Shown here: positions 21,767 through 30,621 of the stretch, one piece after another
How positions within the stretch are numbered: the first letter of the stretch is position 1
How the letters are laid out: every line of letters starts with the position of its first letter
Assembly (NCBI GenBank): GCA_965197675.1
Contig: OZ240221.1
Coordinates: 1,923,437-1,987,436 of the forward strand
Length of the DNA stretch: 64,000 nt
Origin: Dehalococcoidia bacterium
Lineage (GTDB): Bacteria; Chloroflexota; Dehalococcoidia; Plut-88900
Reading direction: 5' to 3'
The notes under the pieces: model-generated
The model's input: the letters and a program-made list of their open reading frames with translations, nothing else
The model's database searches: none
Told to the model about the DNA's origin: nothing
Program-made: the position numbers and the translations under genes

Positions 21767-22048
21767 CTATTCTTCGGCGGCGTCGAAGGGGATCATCCGA
21801 TTCAAGTGTTTTTGAGGGTCAGATTCGGGGGTTCTTCCCATAGCCTCATCCACCATCTTGTCGTATTTGGGGGCGAGATCAGACAATTTGCTGCCTATAG
21901 ATCTATGGAAAGCAAAAGATGACAATAGACGTATGGTCTGAACGCTGCCGCATCTCTCGCATTGGACCGACACTGGAGGCTGGAAGTTCCTGTAGAAGTT
22001 ACTGGTTACGCGGCTGCACTTCCCGCAGCGATATTCGTAAATAGGCAT
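21767..22048 (-). CDS. FmdB-family putative regulatory zinc-ribbon protein
   Basis: Starts MPIYEYRCGKC with a second CxxC pair. Confidence 0.6.
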   Translation of the reverse strand: MPIYEYRCGKCSRVTSNFYRNFQPPVSVQCERCGSVQTIRLLSSFAFHRSIGSKLSDLAPKYDKMVDEAMGRTPESDPQKHLNRMIPFDAAEE

Positions 22049-22082
22049 GATGGAAAGCTGTACCAGAAGCCGGCAGGTGACG

Positions 22083-22517
22083 TTACTGAAATATAGTCTC
22101 TACCTTGGCCGAGGCATCGAAGAAATATTGAAAGGTCTGGTTGTAGCGAAAGAACAGGTCTCGACGATACTCGTCGCCAGTCTTGCTCTGAGCCAGCCCG
22201 TCCTCCCGTTCTAGGTCTAGAGTATTGAGAGTGTGGTCCAAGTCTGCGCTCCCGTGCTCTCCGATGTTGGTTAGCATCTCCTCCCACTCGGTGTAGCCCA
22301 TCTCAAGGTAGAAGTCTACATTCTCCAAATCATCCTCACTGGCCTCTAGGGCTTTCTCGCACTCCTTTCCCTCAAACTCCAGAATGAAGACCTTGTCCTC
22401 AACCTTAACTCCGACTGTGGCATCGCAGGTACCGCCGCCACCCCTTTGATAGGCCTCGTCACCGTTGAAGGCTGAGCGGACTGCGTCGAACCATTCGACC
22501 GATGGAAACACGGGCAT
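22083..22517 (-). CDS. hypothetical protein, possibly SCP2 sterol-carrier-like fold
   Basis: Weak SCP2-like pattern only. Confidence 0.3.
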   Translation of the reverse strand: MPVFPSVEWFDAVRSAFNGDEAYQRGGGGTCDATVGVKVEDKVFILEFEGKECEKALEASEDDLENVDFYLEMGYTEWEEMLTNIGEHGSADLDHTLNTLDLEREDGLAQSKTGDEYRRDLFFRYNQTFQYFFDASAKVETIFQ

Positions 22518-22519
22518 GT

Positions 22520-23623
22520 CTAGTCCTCCAAGTATGCCGCCAAGCCGCCGTCCAGCTTATCGCGACGGGGCATTCCTATCCAATCCGTGTACCGCAGATA
22601 GAGACGAATGAAGTCCCCCATCATGTGTTTGACTCTCCTCATACTACTGTAGGCGCCCTTGACCCCGTTACCCATGATCACTGCCATCGCCTCAGGGAGG
22701 ACGGGATCGTCCAGGTCCCGAACTAGCATTGGCTCCCCCACGTTCAGAAGGTTGTGGAATACTAACTCCTTCTCGGGCCTGTGAGCTATAACGTAACGTA
22801 GATGCTCCAAACCGTAGGCCATGTGCCGGGCCTTATCTTGAAGGCAGAGTCGAAATAGAATTTTCTCGGCGGGGTTGTGGGCTAAGACTTCACCATAGCG
22901 GTAGAGAATAAAGGTCAATGTGCCTCTTAGAAGGTAGAGGAACAGGGCTGCTTCAGACCAGCCTCCCGTGCTCTCCAAGATTATGCGGTTGACTTCTCCA
23001 CGGCCTTCTAGGCCCAACCCACCTCCGTTAGCCAGGGCTCTTTTCCGAAAGGCTTCCATGTGTCTCCCTGCGTCGGCGTTTTCGGTTGCCAGGAAGAGCT
23101 TAACCTCGTGGTATCCAAAGGACATATGCTGGAACCAGGAGCTGATGGACTCTACCTCGGTGTTGGCATGCTGGCTCAACTCGGTGCAGAGCTGACACAT
23201 GGCCGTCTCTACCTCATCGGATAAGGGGGTAAGGGTATCCCATGGAATGTGGGTGGCGGAAATCCACCGTCTTTGAATGGCCTCTTCGTACAGGTCTGCG
23301 GCATTGTCTGCCCATAGACTGTGTTTGTCACGCAGGCGATAACCGATGGGTGGAATGCCCTCGTGAGGATACCCGCCTCTAGGCAGACGGGTCTCATCAT
23401 CCCAACGGTCGGGTACCTCACCGTAGATGCCAACGTTCAGGGAGCCTAGAGTCAGTCCTTTTTTGCTCGGCCTGGCTTTGGTCCCCCATTGATGGGTCTT
23501 GTACATCCAGTCGAAAGAGGAGGGAGGGGTGGATTCAACTTCTTGTGAGACCTGAGTCTTGGCTGCCTCTCGTGTAGGACGTTTGGCGTCGACCTTGGGC
23601 CTCTTGCGTTTGGTCTCCGACAC
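22520..23623 (-). CDS. ferritin-like (diiron-carboxylate fold) protein, paralog of 23700..24869; the E residues of both ExxH motifs are replaced (ADAGRH, QDKARH)
   Basis: Alignable by eye to its neighbour. TEVE, AEK and the His residues are conserved but the ExxH glutamates are A and K here. Confidence 0.45.
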   Translation of the reverse strand: MSETKRKRPKVDAKRPTREAAKTQVSQEVESTPPSSFDWMYKTHQWGTKARPSKKGLTLGSLNVGIYGEVPDRWDDETRLPRGGYPHEGIPPIGYRLRDKHSLWADNAADLYEEAIQRRWISATHIPWDTLTPLSDEVETAMCQLCTELSQHANTEVESISSWFQHMSFGYHEVKLFLATENADAGRHMEAFRKRALANGGGLGLEGRGEVNRIILESTGGWSEAALFLYLLRGTLTFILYRYGEVLAHNPAEKILFRLCLQDKARHMAYGLEHLRYVIAHRPEKELVFHNLLNVGEPMLVRDLDDPVLPEAMAVIMGNGVKGAYSSMRRVKHMMGDFIRLYLRYTDWIGMPRRDKLDGGLAAYLED

Positions 23624-23699
23624 GTTCTAATACTCCTAGGAGCGGGACAGAAGGCTAAAGGATACTGAGACTTGAAGGTCGCCGAAGCACCGGCCTCTC

Positions 23700-24869
23700 T
23701 CAGTTCTGGATGTACTTCATCAACTCGGGATTGGCTCGGCCGTTTTCGAAGCGCTCGCTGAAGCCCGCCGAGTGCACTCTTTGGATGTACTCTTTTACCT
23801 GGCGCTTCTGGATAGCTAGCGAGATATTGTGACCCTCATCTATGTTCTCCTTGCCACGCCCCAGGAGAATTCCTAAGGCGTCGTGGCTGGGAGAATCCAG
23901 GGAGAGGGGATTTTGATTTCCTCTCACCAGCGCCTCTTCGCCGTCGTCAAGGTAGTAATGAATCTCTTCGCGGCGTTCTGGGGCTGTCTCTCCGACGTAG
24001 CGCAGGTGCATCACTCCGAAGGCGACGTGCCGGGACTCATCCTGTGCAGCAAGGCGATATATTCGCTTCTCGGCTTCGTTGTATGCCATCAACTCGCCGG
24101 TGCGGAATATGGTGAGCACCGACCCTTCGCCCGAGATGTGTAAACGGGCGGACATCTCTGTGAAGTCACGTGCTACATCTATGCTGCCGACGGAAGAGGC
24201 GGCTGTTGCTTCCGGCCCCGGCTGCTGCAGCAGCCCTCCGCCATTGACGAGGGCACGCTTACGGAATACATCCAAGTGACGCGCCTCGTCCATTATCTGA
24301 GTGATAAGGAACAATCGAGGCTCCATGTAGTCGGGGCTTGTCCAGGAAACCCAGCGACCCGGCACGTCTCCAGCTACGAACTCCACCTCTGTAAGGAAGG
24401 TTGCGAGCTGACACTCCGCTCTCTCTATATCATCGGGCAGGGGTTCTATGCTGTCCCAAGGGACGTCGGTTGCCGAACTCCACTGTCTCTGGAGGGCTTC
24501 TTCGTAAAGACTTGCGGCGTTAGCAAGCCATATGTCCGACTTGGTGAAAACACTGTAGGCACCTATGCGAAATCCATCGCGCCTGGAGGTGGAACCACGA
24601 GGACGGCCAGTGCGATTATCGCTGTGATCAGATGGTGCACCATAGGACCCTATGCTGATGTCATCGAGGGTGAGACCGTGTTTTCCAGGTTGGGCTTTTG
24701 CACCCCACTCGCCCCTCTGGTCCATCCAGCCCATGTCCAACTCATAACCCTGGGTATGCCACTTAGGTTTCTCGGTGGCGCTAGATGTAACCATACCGTC
24801 ACCCCTTGCCTTAGGATGACTGAATTCTATCATGATTGAGAGATCTGAAGCAAACGCCCAGTTGAACAC
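23700..24869 (-). CDS. ferritin-like diiron-carboxylate protein with a full ligand set (TEVE ... DEARH ... AEK ... DESRH); putative oxygenase/oxidase catalytic subunit
   Basis: Two E...ExxH half-sites at helix-appropriate spacing. Confidence 0.45.
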   Translation of the reverse strand: MFNWAFASDLSIMIEFSHPKARGDGMVTSSATEKPKWHTQGYELDMGWMDQRGEWGAKAQPGKHGLTLDDISIGSYGAPSDHSDNRTGRPRGSTSRRDGFRIGAYSVFTKSDIWLANAASLYEEALQRQWSSATDVPWDSIEPLPDDIERAECQLATFLTEVEFVAGDVPGRWVSWTSPDYMEPRLFLITQIMDEARHLDVFRKRALVNGGGLLQQPGPEATAASSVGSIDVARDFTEMSARLHISGEGSVLTIFRTGELMAYNEAEKRIYRLAAQDESRHVAFGVMHLRYVGETAPERREEIHYYLDDGEEALVRGNQNPLSLDSPSHDALGILLGRGKENIDEGHNISLAIQKRQVKEYIQRVHSAGFSERFENGRANPELMKYIQN

Positions 24870-24899
24870 CTGGCGTCTGACCTCTATATTAAGAGTGAC

Positions 24900-26177
24900 A
24901 TGCTAGTTGATTTGGCATATGGAAGGACTGGACTTACTGTCGAACTTCCCGACGAACGAACTACCGTCATAGAACCGACCTATTTGCCTGCCCTGCCCAA
25001 GGAAAAAGATACGCTGCTCAAAGCCATAAGAGAGCCTATAGGCAAACCTCCCCTGCGAGAACTTGCCAGAACCACTCACAGGGTAGCCATATCGGTTTGC
25101 GATATCACCAGACCTATGCCTTCGAGAACTGTGCTGCCAGTGCTACTGAAGGAGCTTGACCATGTCCCCAAGGATCAGATAGTGATCCTGGTAGCTACCG
25201 GGACTCATCGCGCTAATACTCTTCAGGAGATAGAGGAGATGCTAGGCAGAGAGATAATCGAGAACTACCAAGTAGTCAATCACAACGGTTTCGACAAAGA
25301 CCAGCTTAAGCTGATTGGCAAGACCTCAGATGGGATACCCATTTTGCTTAACCGACACTGGTTGGAGAGCGACTTCAGGATAACCACAGGTTTCGTTGAA
25401 CCTCACTTCTTCGCTGGCTTCAGTGGAGGTCCCAAAATGGTGGCGCCGGGGCTGGCCGGATTCGAAACGATCCTGGGCTTGCACAGCGCTCCCCTCATTG
25501 GTCATCCCAAGTCCAAGTGGGGTGCTATCGACGGGAATCCCATTCAGGATGCCATCCGTCAAATCGTGCGTAGTAGTGGTGTAGATTTCAGTATCGACGT
25601 GACCATCAACAGAGACCACCGGATCACCAGCGTGCATGCAGGCGATGTGTTTGGTGCTCATAGAGAAGCATGCCAAATGGCGAGAGAAGTCGCCATGCAC
25701 CAAGTGATCGAGCCCTTCGATGTGGTCATTACCACCAACAGCGGATACCCTCTGGATATCAACCTGTATCAGAGCGTCAAGGGTATGTCGGCGGCTGCTC
25801 AGGTAGTTAGACCCGGCGGCACTATCATCTGTGCCGCCGAATGTAGTGACGGCATTCCCGACCATGGCGAATACAAGGAGATTCTGGCCTCACGAAACAG
25901 CCCTCAGGAGATGTTGGATATGATCAACTCACCTGAATACCATCACCAGGATCAATGGCAGGTCCAGCTTCAAGCCCAGATACTGCTTCGTGCTCAGGTG
26001 TATCTAAAGTCCAGCTATCTTAGTGCAGAACAGGTAAAGGCGGCTCATCTGGAGCCGGTAGAAGACCTACAAGACACGGTCATGCAGTGTATTGAAAGGC
26101 ATGGAGAGGGTGCTACTGTTTGCGTTCTGCCTCAAGGTCCTCAGACCATTCCATACGTGAAGAACGACTCTGGCTAG
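24900..26177 (+). CDS. LarA-like (lactate racemase family, nickel-pincer-nucleotide-dependent 2-hydroxyacid racemase/epimerase-like) protein
   Basis: LarA N-terminal domain pattern with ATGTHR. About 425 aa. Confidence 0.65.
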   Translation: MLVDLAYGRTGLTVELPDERTTVIEPTYLPALPKEKDTLLKAIREPIGKPPLRELARTTHRVAISVCDITRPMPSRTVLPVLLKELDHVPKDQIVILVATGTHRANTLQEIEEMLGREIIENYQVVNHNGFDKDQLKLIGKTSDGIPILLNRHWLESDFRITTGFVEPHFFAGFSGGPKMVAPGLAGFETILGLHSAPLIGHPKSKWGAIDGNPIQDAIRQIVRSSGVDFSIDVTINRDHRITSVHAGDVFGAHREACQMAREVAMHQVIEPFDVVITTNSGYPLDINLYQSVKGMSAAAQVVRPGGTIICAAECSDGIPDHGEYKEILASRNSPQEMLDMINSPEYHHQDQWQVQLQAQILLRAQVYLKSSYLSAEQVKAAHLEPVEDLQDTVMQCIERHGEGATVCVLPQGPQTIPYVKNDSG

Positions 26178-27226
26178 GCCATAGCTTCCTGTACCCTCTT
26201 CAGGTTGGACACGTCCGGAGCTAGAACCCCGCGCTCCACGGCTTTCACTACCTGGACAACGGCCTCTTGTGTTGGAGTGGGAATGCCAGCCTCTCTTCCC
26301 TTGGCGACTATCAGACCGTTCAAGTAGTCGATTTCGGTGCGTCGTCCTTTGAGCACGTCCTGGGCAGTGGATGGGAGGGTGCCGGCTTGGGCTTTGTCTG
26401 CCACATATCGGAGGGCCACTTTCAGATCCTCCAATCCCTCCCCTCTGCCCCTTTCCAGCCAACTATGGGCTTCTATACCTAACAGAAGACCCAGAGAGTA
26501 TCCAAGTGCTTCTCCTACAGCCACTGCCTCAGAACCGAGTTGGATCATAATCTGTTGCGCATCTGGGATTTTTGCCAGATCCTTTTCGTCCAATCCGGTG
26601 ATAGCAGAAACCGAGTTGATCATGGTGTTGGAGGAGAGCTTGCTCCAGCGTTCCCCCCATAGGTTGGTCGTCGCTTCGCTGTTGTTCACCTTGTACAGAA
26701 GCCTTACAAGCTTCTCGAGTCTAGAGGTTTTGCGACCGTGCACTTCTCCTGCACGAAAAATTGTGTAGTCGCCCCGTTCGGTTTTGGCGGTACGCATCAC
26801 GTGGCCTGGCCCTTTGATGTTCACGGTCAAGGCATTGGCGATGCAACCCAGAGTCCGTCCCCAGCCCACGATTTCGGCTATGTGTTCTTCGTTTATGCCG
26901 TTCTGGAGAGATACGACGAATCCGTTTGGTGATAAGTAGTCCTTGATCAACGCAGTGGCCCACTGGGTGTCATAGGACTTGGTGGAGATGAAGGCCACGT
27001 CTACCTGGGCTTTGATGAACTGTTGAATCTCGTAGATATGGATGGCTTTGGGTGATGTTCGTTGGTCTCCGTCGGCGGTGGTGATTAGAAGGCCTTCCTT
27101 TTTTATTTTCTGGATGTGGTCTGGCCACGGATCTATGAGAGTCACATCCTCTCCGGCCTTTGCCAGGAGACCCCCCGTGTAGCTCCCGACAGCCCCTGCA
27201 CCCACGAATGCTAACCTTTTTGTCAC
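26174..27226 (-). CDS. 2-dehydropantoate 2-reductase family (PanE/ApbA) oxidoreductase
   Basis: Rossmann motif AFVGAGAVGSYTGGLLA. Start set to the GTG at 27226, which is preceded by AAGGGAGAG, because the longer ORF would overlap the upstream hydrolase. Confidence 0.65.
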   Translation of the reverse strand: MTKRLAFVGAGAVGSYTGGLLAKAGEDVTLIDPWPDHIQKIKKEGLLITTADGDQRTSPKAIHIYEIQQFIKAQVDVAFISTKSYDTQWATALIKDYLSPNGFVVSLQNGINEEHIAEIVGWGRTLGCIANALTVNIKGPGHVMRTAKTERGDYTIFRAGEVHGRKTSRLEKLVRLLYKVNNSEATTNLWGERWSKLSSNTMINSVSAITGLDEKDLAKIPDAQQIMIQLGSEAVAVGEALGYSLGLLLGIEAHSWLERGRGEGLEDLKVALRYVADKAQAGTLPSTAQDVLKGRRTEIDYLNGLIVAKGREAGIPTPTQEAVVQVVKAVERGVLAPDVSNLKRVQEAMA

Positions 27227-27236
27227 AAGCTCTCCC

Positions 27237-28157
27237 TTAACTCGCCGCGGCGGGGATGTACTTTTGAAACCATTGAGTGGCCTCGGCCATGACAGTGTCG
27301 AAAGTTGGTGGGTAATAGACGTCGTAGTGACCACAGTTGGGAAGTGCCACCCATTTCTTAGGTTCTAATGCCCGATCGTATACCTCTCGAGTAACTTCAG
27401 GAAACACCAATGCATCCTTCTCGGCCACGATGAACATGACCGCCCGAGGCGAGATTTTGTGTGCTATCTCATCGGGATGAAAGTCGATTACTGCCTGGCC
27501 CGTCTCTAACGGTAGCTGTGTGCAAGCTGAAGGAAACTGCTCGGCTACTTTGTTGTCTTCTGCCTCGTACTCAGGAGGTGATGGCATCAGCCTGGGAATG
27601 TCCACCATCTGGGAGGCTCCGTCGCGTACTCGACGTTCCCAGTCCACCTCCAGCTCTCGCTGAAACTCCCCCCATTCGGACTTTGATCGGATGCTCCTGA
27701 ACCAACTCTCACCGTTGCCCACTCCCACTACACTGACCGTGCATTTTACACGTTGGTCCACTGCGGCGGCGTAGACAATGTTGGCTCCACCGAAACTGAT
27801 CCCGTGCAGTCCCAGATTGGATGGATTCACCCCGGGTAGCTGTTGAAGGAAAGTGAGGGCGTTACGGATGTCCCATATCTGTTCCAGGGGTATCAAGCGC
27901 CATTTAGGACCATCACTTTCGCCAAACCCCCGGTAATCGAAGGTCATGGCCACGTAACCCTGGCCAGCTAGGTGGTTGGCGATGTCCGGTAGATATACCT
28001 CTTGATGTCCCCCGAATCCGTGGCAGACCAGGATGGCGCTTCGCCTCTCGTCTGGTGCAACGTTATCGGGCCGGTAGAGATGTCCTACCAACTGAATACC
28101 GTCGCTGTAGAAGGTAACGCGTTCAGGCATGAGACTACACCTGCAAAGGAGGCTCAC
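27237..28157 (-). CDS. alpha/beta hydrolase fold protein
   Basis: HGFGG oxyanion-region motif and a G-x-S-x-G nucleophile elbow (GISFGG). Confidence 0.65.
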   Translation of the reverse strand: MSLLCRCSLMPERVTFYSDGIQLVGHLYRPDNVAPDERRSAILVCHGFGGHQEVYLPDIANHLAGQGYVAMTFDYRGFGESDGPKWRLIPLEQIWDIRNALTFLQQLPGVNPSNLGLHGISFGGANIVYAAAVDQRVKCTVSVVGVGNGESWFRSIRSKSEWGEFQRELEVDWERRVRDGASQMVDIPRLMPSPPEYEAEDNKVAEQFPSACTQLPLETGQAVIDFHPDEIAHKISPRAVMFIVAEKDALVFPEVTREVYDRALEPKKWVALPNCGHYDVYYPPTFDTVMAEATQWFQKYIPAAAS

Positions 28158-28202
28158 CCGTTTCCAATCACGGGTGAGCCTATGGACTGAGGTATTGCAG
28201 GT

Positions 28203-29267
28203 CTAAACAAGGACTCGTGGTCCGATGGCAGACTCGAAGGCCCTCACTTCTGCCTCTGGCATGAGAAAGAGGTCTGGGATATTCTTCTCTCGACTTTGTG
28301 GCGTACCTTGGGGATCATAAGCGCGTTCAAGGTGAGCAGTGAAAAGACATACATGGTCCACTCTCGACTCCTCCCTTGCACGCGCCAGCCGCTCGGCACA
28401 GTATTCTGGTGGGCCGAAGAGGCCAACGCCGTCGCAGACCTGACTCAAGGTCTCATCCGGGGTATCCCTGAAATCCTTGGGTAATGTAATACCGGCTTGC
28501 TGGAACCAGTAACGGTTCGAGTCTGCCATCCACCGCGGGCCCTGGAAAAGGGCAGGGTGTCGTGAACCAACGGTATCGGCGTAGAGCCAATCGATGGCCC
28601 ACCGGCGGGCTGCCTCCAAGTCGGAGTCGATATGGATGGGGGTCATAAAGATAACGGGAATTGTGGCCGGGTCACGTCCCGCTCGCTGGGCGCCTATAGC
28701 GATATGTCGACGGGCGGCATCCACCATCTCTGGATTAAGCCCTGCCTGAATATAGACCCCGTCCCCAATCTCGCCAGCCAACTCAGCCACACGCGGTCCC
28801 GAGCAGGCAATGTAGATGGGTGTGGCAGGCGCTGAGATATAGTCTAAGCGCAGGGAGGGATTGCTGCCAAAGGCCACGGGTTCACCAGCCAGAAGCTTAC
28901 GCAAAGTAGTAACCGTGTACCGGAGCTCTTCTAGGGTGGAGTGTTGGAGGCCGATGAGGCGCATCATTATGTCTCCCCTGCCTACAACCAGCTTGATGCG
29001 CCCCGGAGCTATCTCCTGGAGGGAATTGGCCAGGCAGGCCAACACAGTGGGGTGACGGGTGATGCCGTTAGTGACGCCAGTGTACAGGTCTATGTTAGAG
29101 GTCTTCCCAGCTGCCAGGGTCAGAGCCGCATAAAGGTCGCGGCCGCTCTCTGGGTGATCATGGATGGCCACGCCGTTCAAGCCAACGGTCTCGCACCACT
29201 GAATGAACTCCACCACGCGCGGAATGGAAAGCCCTAAAGGCACCCTGAGATCGACTTTTAGCTTCAT
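28203..29267 (-). CDS. luciferase-like monooxygenase (LLM) family flavin/F420-dependent oxidoreductase
   Basis: LLM TIM-barrel N-terminal pattern. Confidence 0.7.
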   Translation of the reverse strand: MKLKVDLRVPLGLSIPRVVEFIQWCETVGLNGVAIHDHPESGRDLYAALTLAAGKTSNIDLYTGVTNGITRHPTVLACLANSLQEIAPGRIKLVVGRGDIMMRLIGLQHSTLEELRYTVTTLRKLLAGEPVAFGSNPSLRLDYISAPATPIYIACSGPRVAELAGEIGDGVYIQAGLNPEMVDAARRHIAIGAQRAGRDPATIPVIFMTPIHIDSDLEAARRWAIDWLYADTVGSRHPALFQGPRWMADSNRYWFQQAGITLPKDFRDTPDETLSQVCDGVGLFGPPEYCAERLARAREESRVDHVCLFTAHLERAYDPQGTPQSREKNIPDLFLMPEAEVRAFESAIGPRVLV

Positions 29268-29338
29268 TGTAGTACACCTCTAATATGAGCCGGCTGGATC
29301 CAGTGAGATGACTTAGTCAACACGAATGACGGTTCTAA

Positions 29339-30466
29339 CTAAAGGAAGCCGTAAAGCTTGCCAGCGTTATCTCGGGTGACCTTTCGGCGAGCCGTATCGC
29401 TGAGCTTTTTCATGTCCCGGTCTATGGCCTTTTGTGAGTTGGGCCATGACCCATCCACGTGAGGATAGTCCGAGCCCCACATGACCCTGTCCTCACCTGC
29501 GAGGGGAATGATGTCACCCGCCGTGGGCTCTGACTCGAAGGTCGAGAATCCCTGTCGACGGAAGTAACCGCTGGGTTTTAGGCTGAGACCTTCCTGACCC
29601 TCTCCTTCATAGTCCATTCTGTCCAGAACATAGGGCAGCCAGCTGACGCCGCACTCGCCAAGAACGAACTTGAAGTTGGGGTATCGCTCGCATGCTCCGG
29701 AGAAAACAATGCTGGACAGGTACTCCACACCGGAAAGCTGGAACATGGTAAGGAGTATGTTAGAGTAGATGTCGCCATAGGCTTCGGCTTCTACAGGGTC
29801 TTCAATCTTCCTCGGCCATAGCTCCAGGGTGTGGAAAGAGATGGGTAGTCCAGTTTCCTCGCCGGCGGCCCATAGTGGATCCCAGTCTTTGTGATACATT
29901 GGCTTGTTCATGGTGCCTGGGCTGATCTCGGCTCCTCTCAGACCCAATTTAGCGACTCTAAGTAACTCCGCGGCAGCCACCTTGGGGTCGTGATTAGGAA
30001 GACATGCAAGCCCAGCCAAGCGGTCGGATTTGCCTTTGGTGAAGTCGGCGATCCAGTCGTTATATATTCGATAAATCTCCACCTTCAACTCGGGGTCGTC
30101 GTCTGGCTGAGGTACATCGAGAAGTCCATATATGACCTCTGCGTCTACTCCATCCCGCTCTAAATGCTGTATGCGTACATCTGCATTGGCTGGGGGATAT
30201 CTGCCGTCGGTTATTTCATAGAGGCCGGCTTTTTCAAAGGTCTCTATTTTACGCTTGTGTTCGGATGTGGGATTTTCAAGGAATTCCTTCCACGACCCTA
30301 CGGAGCCTCTGTCTGTGCCGCCTGCCTCCCATCGAAGCCCCCTATCCGTCTCAATCACGTGAGGCACCTGGTCCTTCCACTTGGACGATGCGTTAGCCGT
30401 AAAGACGTCCTCTGGCATGAAAAAGATGTCCATATGGCCGTCGCCTGAAATGATCCTGTAGTCCAT
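29339..30466 (-). CDS. amidohydrolase family 2 protein
   Basis: Paralog of 2047..3153 and 38261..39418 (ISGDGHMD motif). Confidence 0.7.
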   Translation of the reverse strand: MDYRIISGDGHMDIFFMPEDVFTANASSKWKDQVPHVIETDRGLRWEAGGTDRGSVGSWKEFLENPTSEHKRKIETFEKAGLYEITDGRYPPANADVRIQHLERDGVDAEVIYGLLDVPQPDDDPELKVEIYRIYNDWIADFTKGKSDRLAGLACLPNHDPKVAAAELLRVAKLGLRGAEISPGTMNKPMYHKDWDPLWAAGEETGLPISFHTLELWPRKIEDPVEAEAYGDIYSNILLTMFQLSGVEYLSSIVFSGACERYPNFKFVLGECGVSWLPYVLDRMDYEGEGQEGLSLKPSGYFRRQGFSTFESEPTAGDIIPLAGEDRVMWGSDYPHVDGSWPNSQKAIDRDMKKLSDTARRKVTRDNAGKLYGFL

Positions 30467-30621
30467 TTAATTCCTCCCAGCTAGGAACTTACGTCCGCCT
30501 TTTGGATATCATATCAGGGGGTATTTCACCCGTCAACAATCTATAGCAACACAGCTTTACCATACTTACCAACCTTGTTTATACTTGACTTTCGGCAATG
30601 TGTTGAAGGAGGTATCACCAG

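Noticed and set aside
26174-27334. Full-length 386-aa PanE ORF
   Set aside because: The 5' 36 codons would overlap the upstream alpha/beta hydrolase gene. A GTG at 27226 with an upstream AAGGGAGAG gives the canonical MTKRLAFVGAGAVG start.
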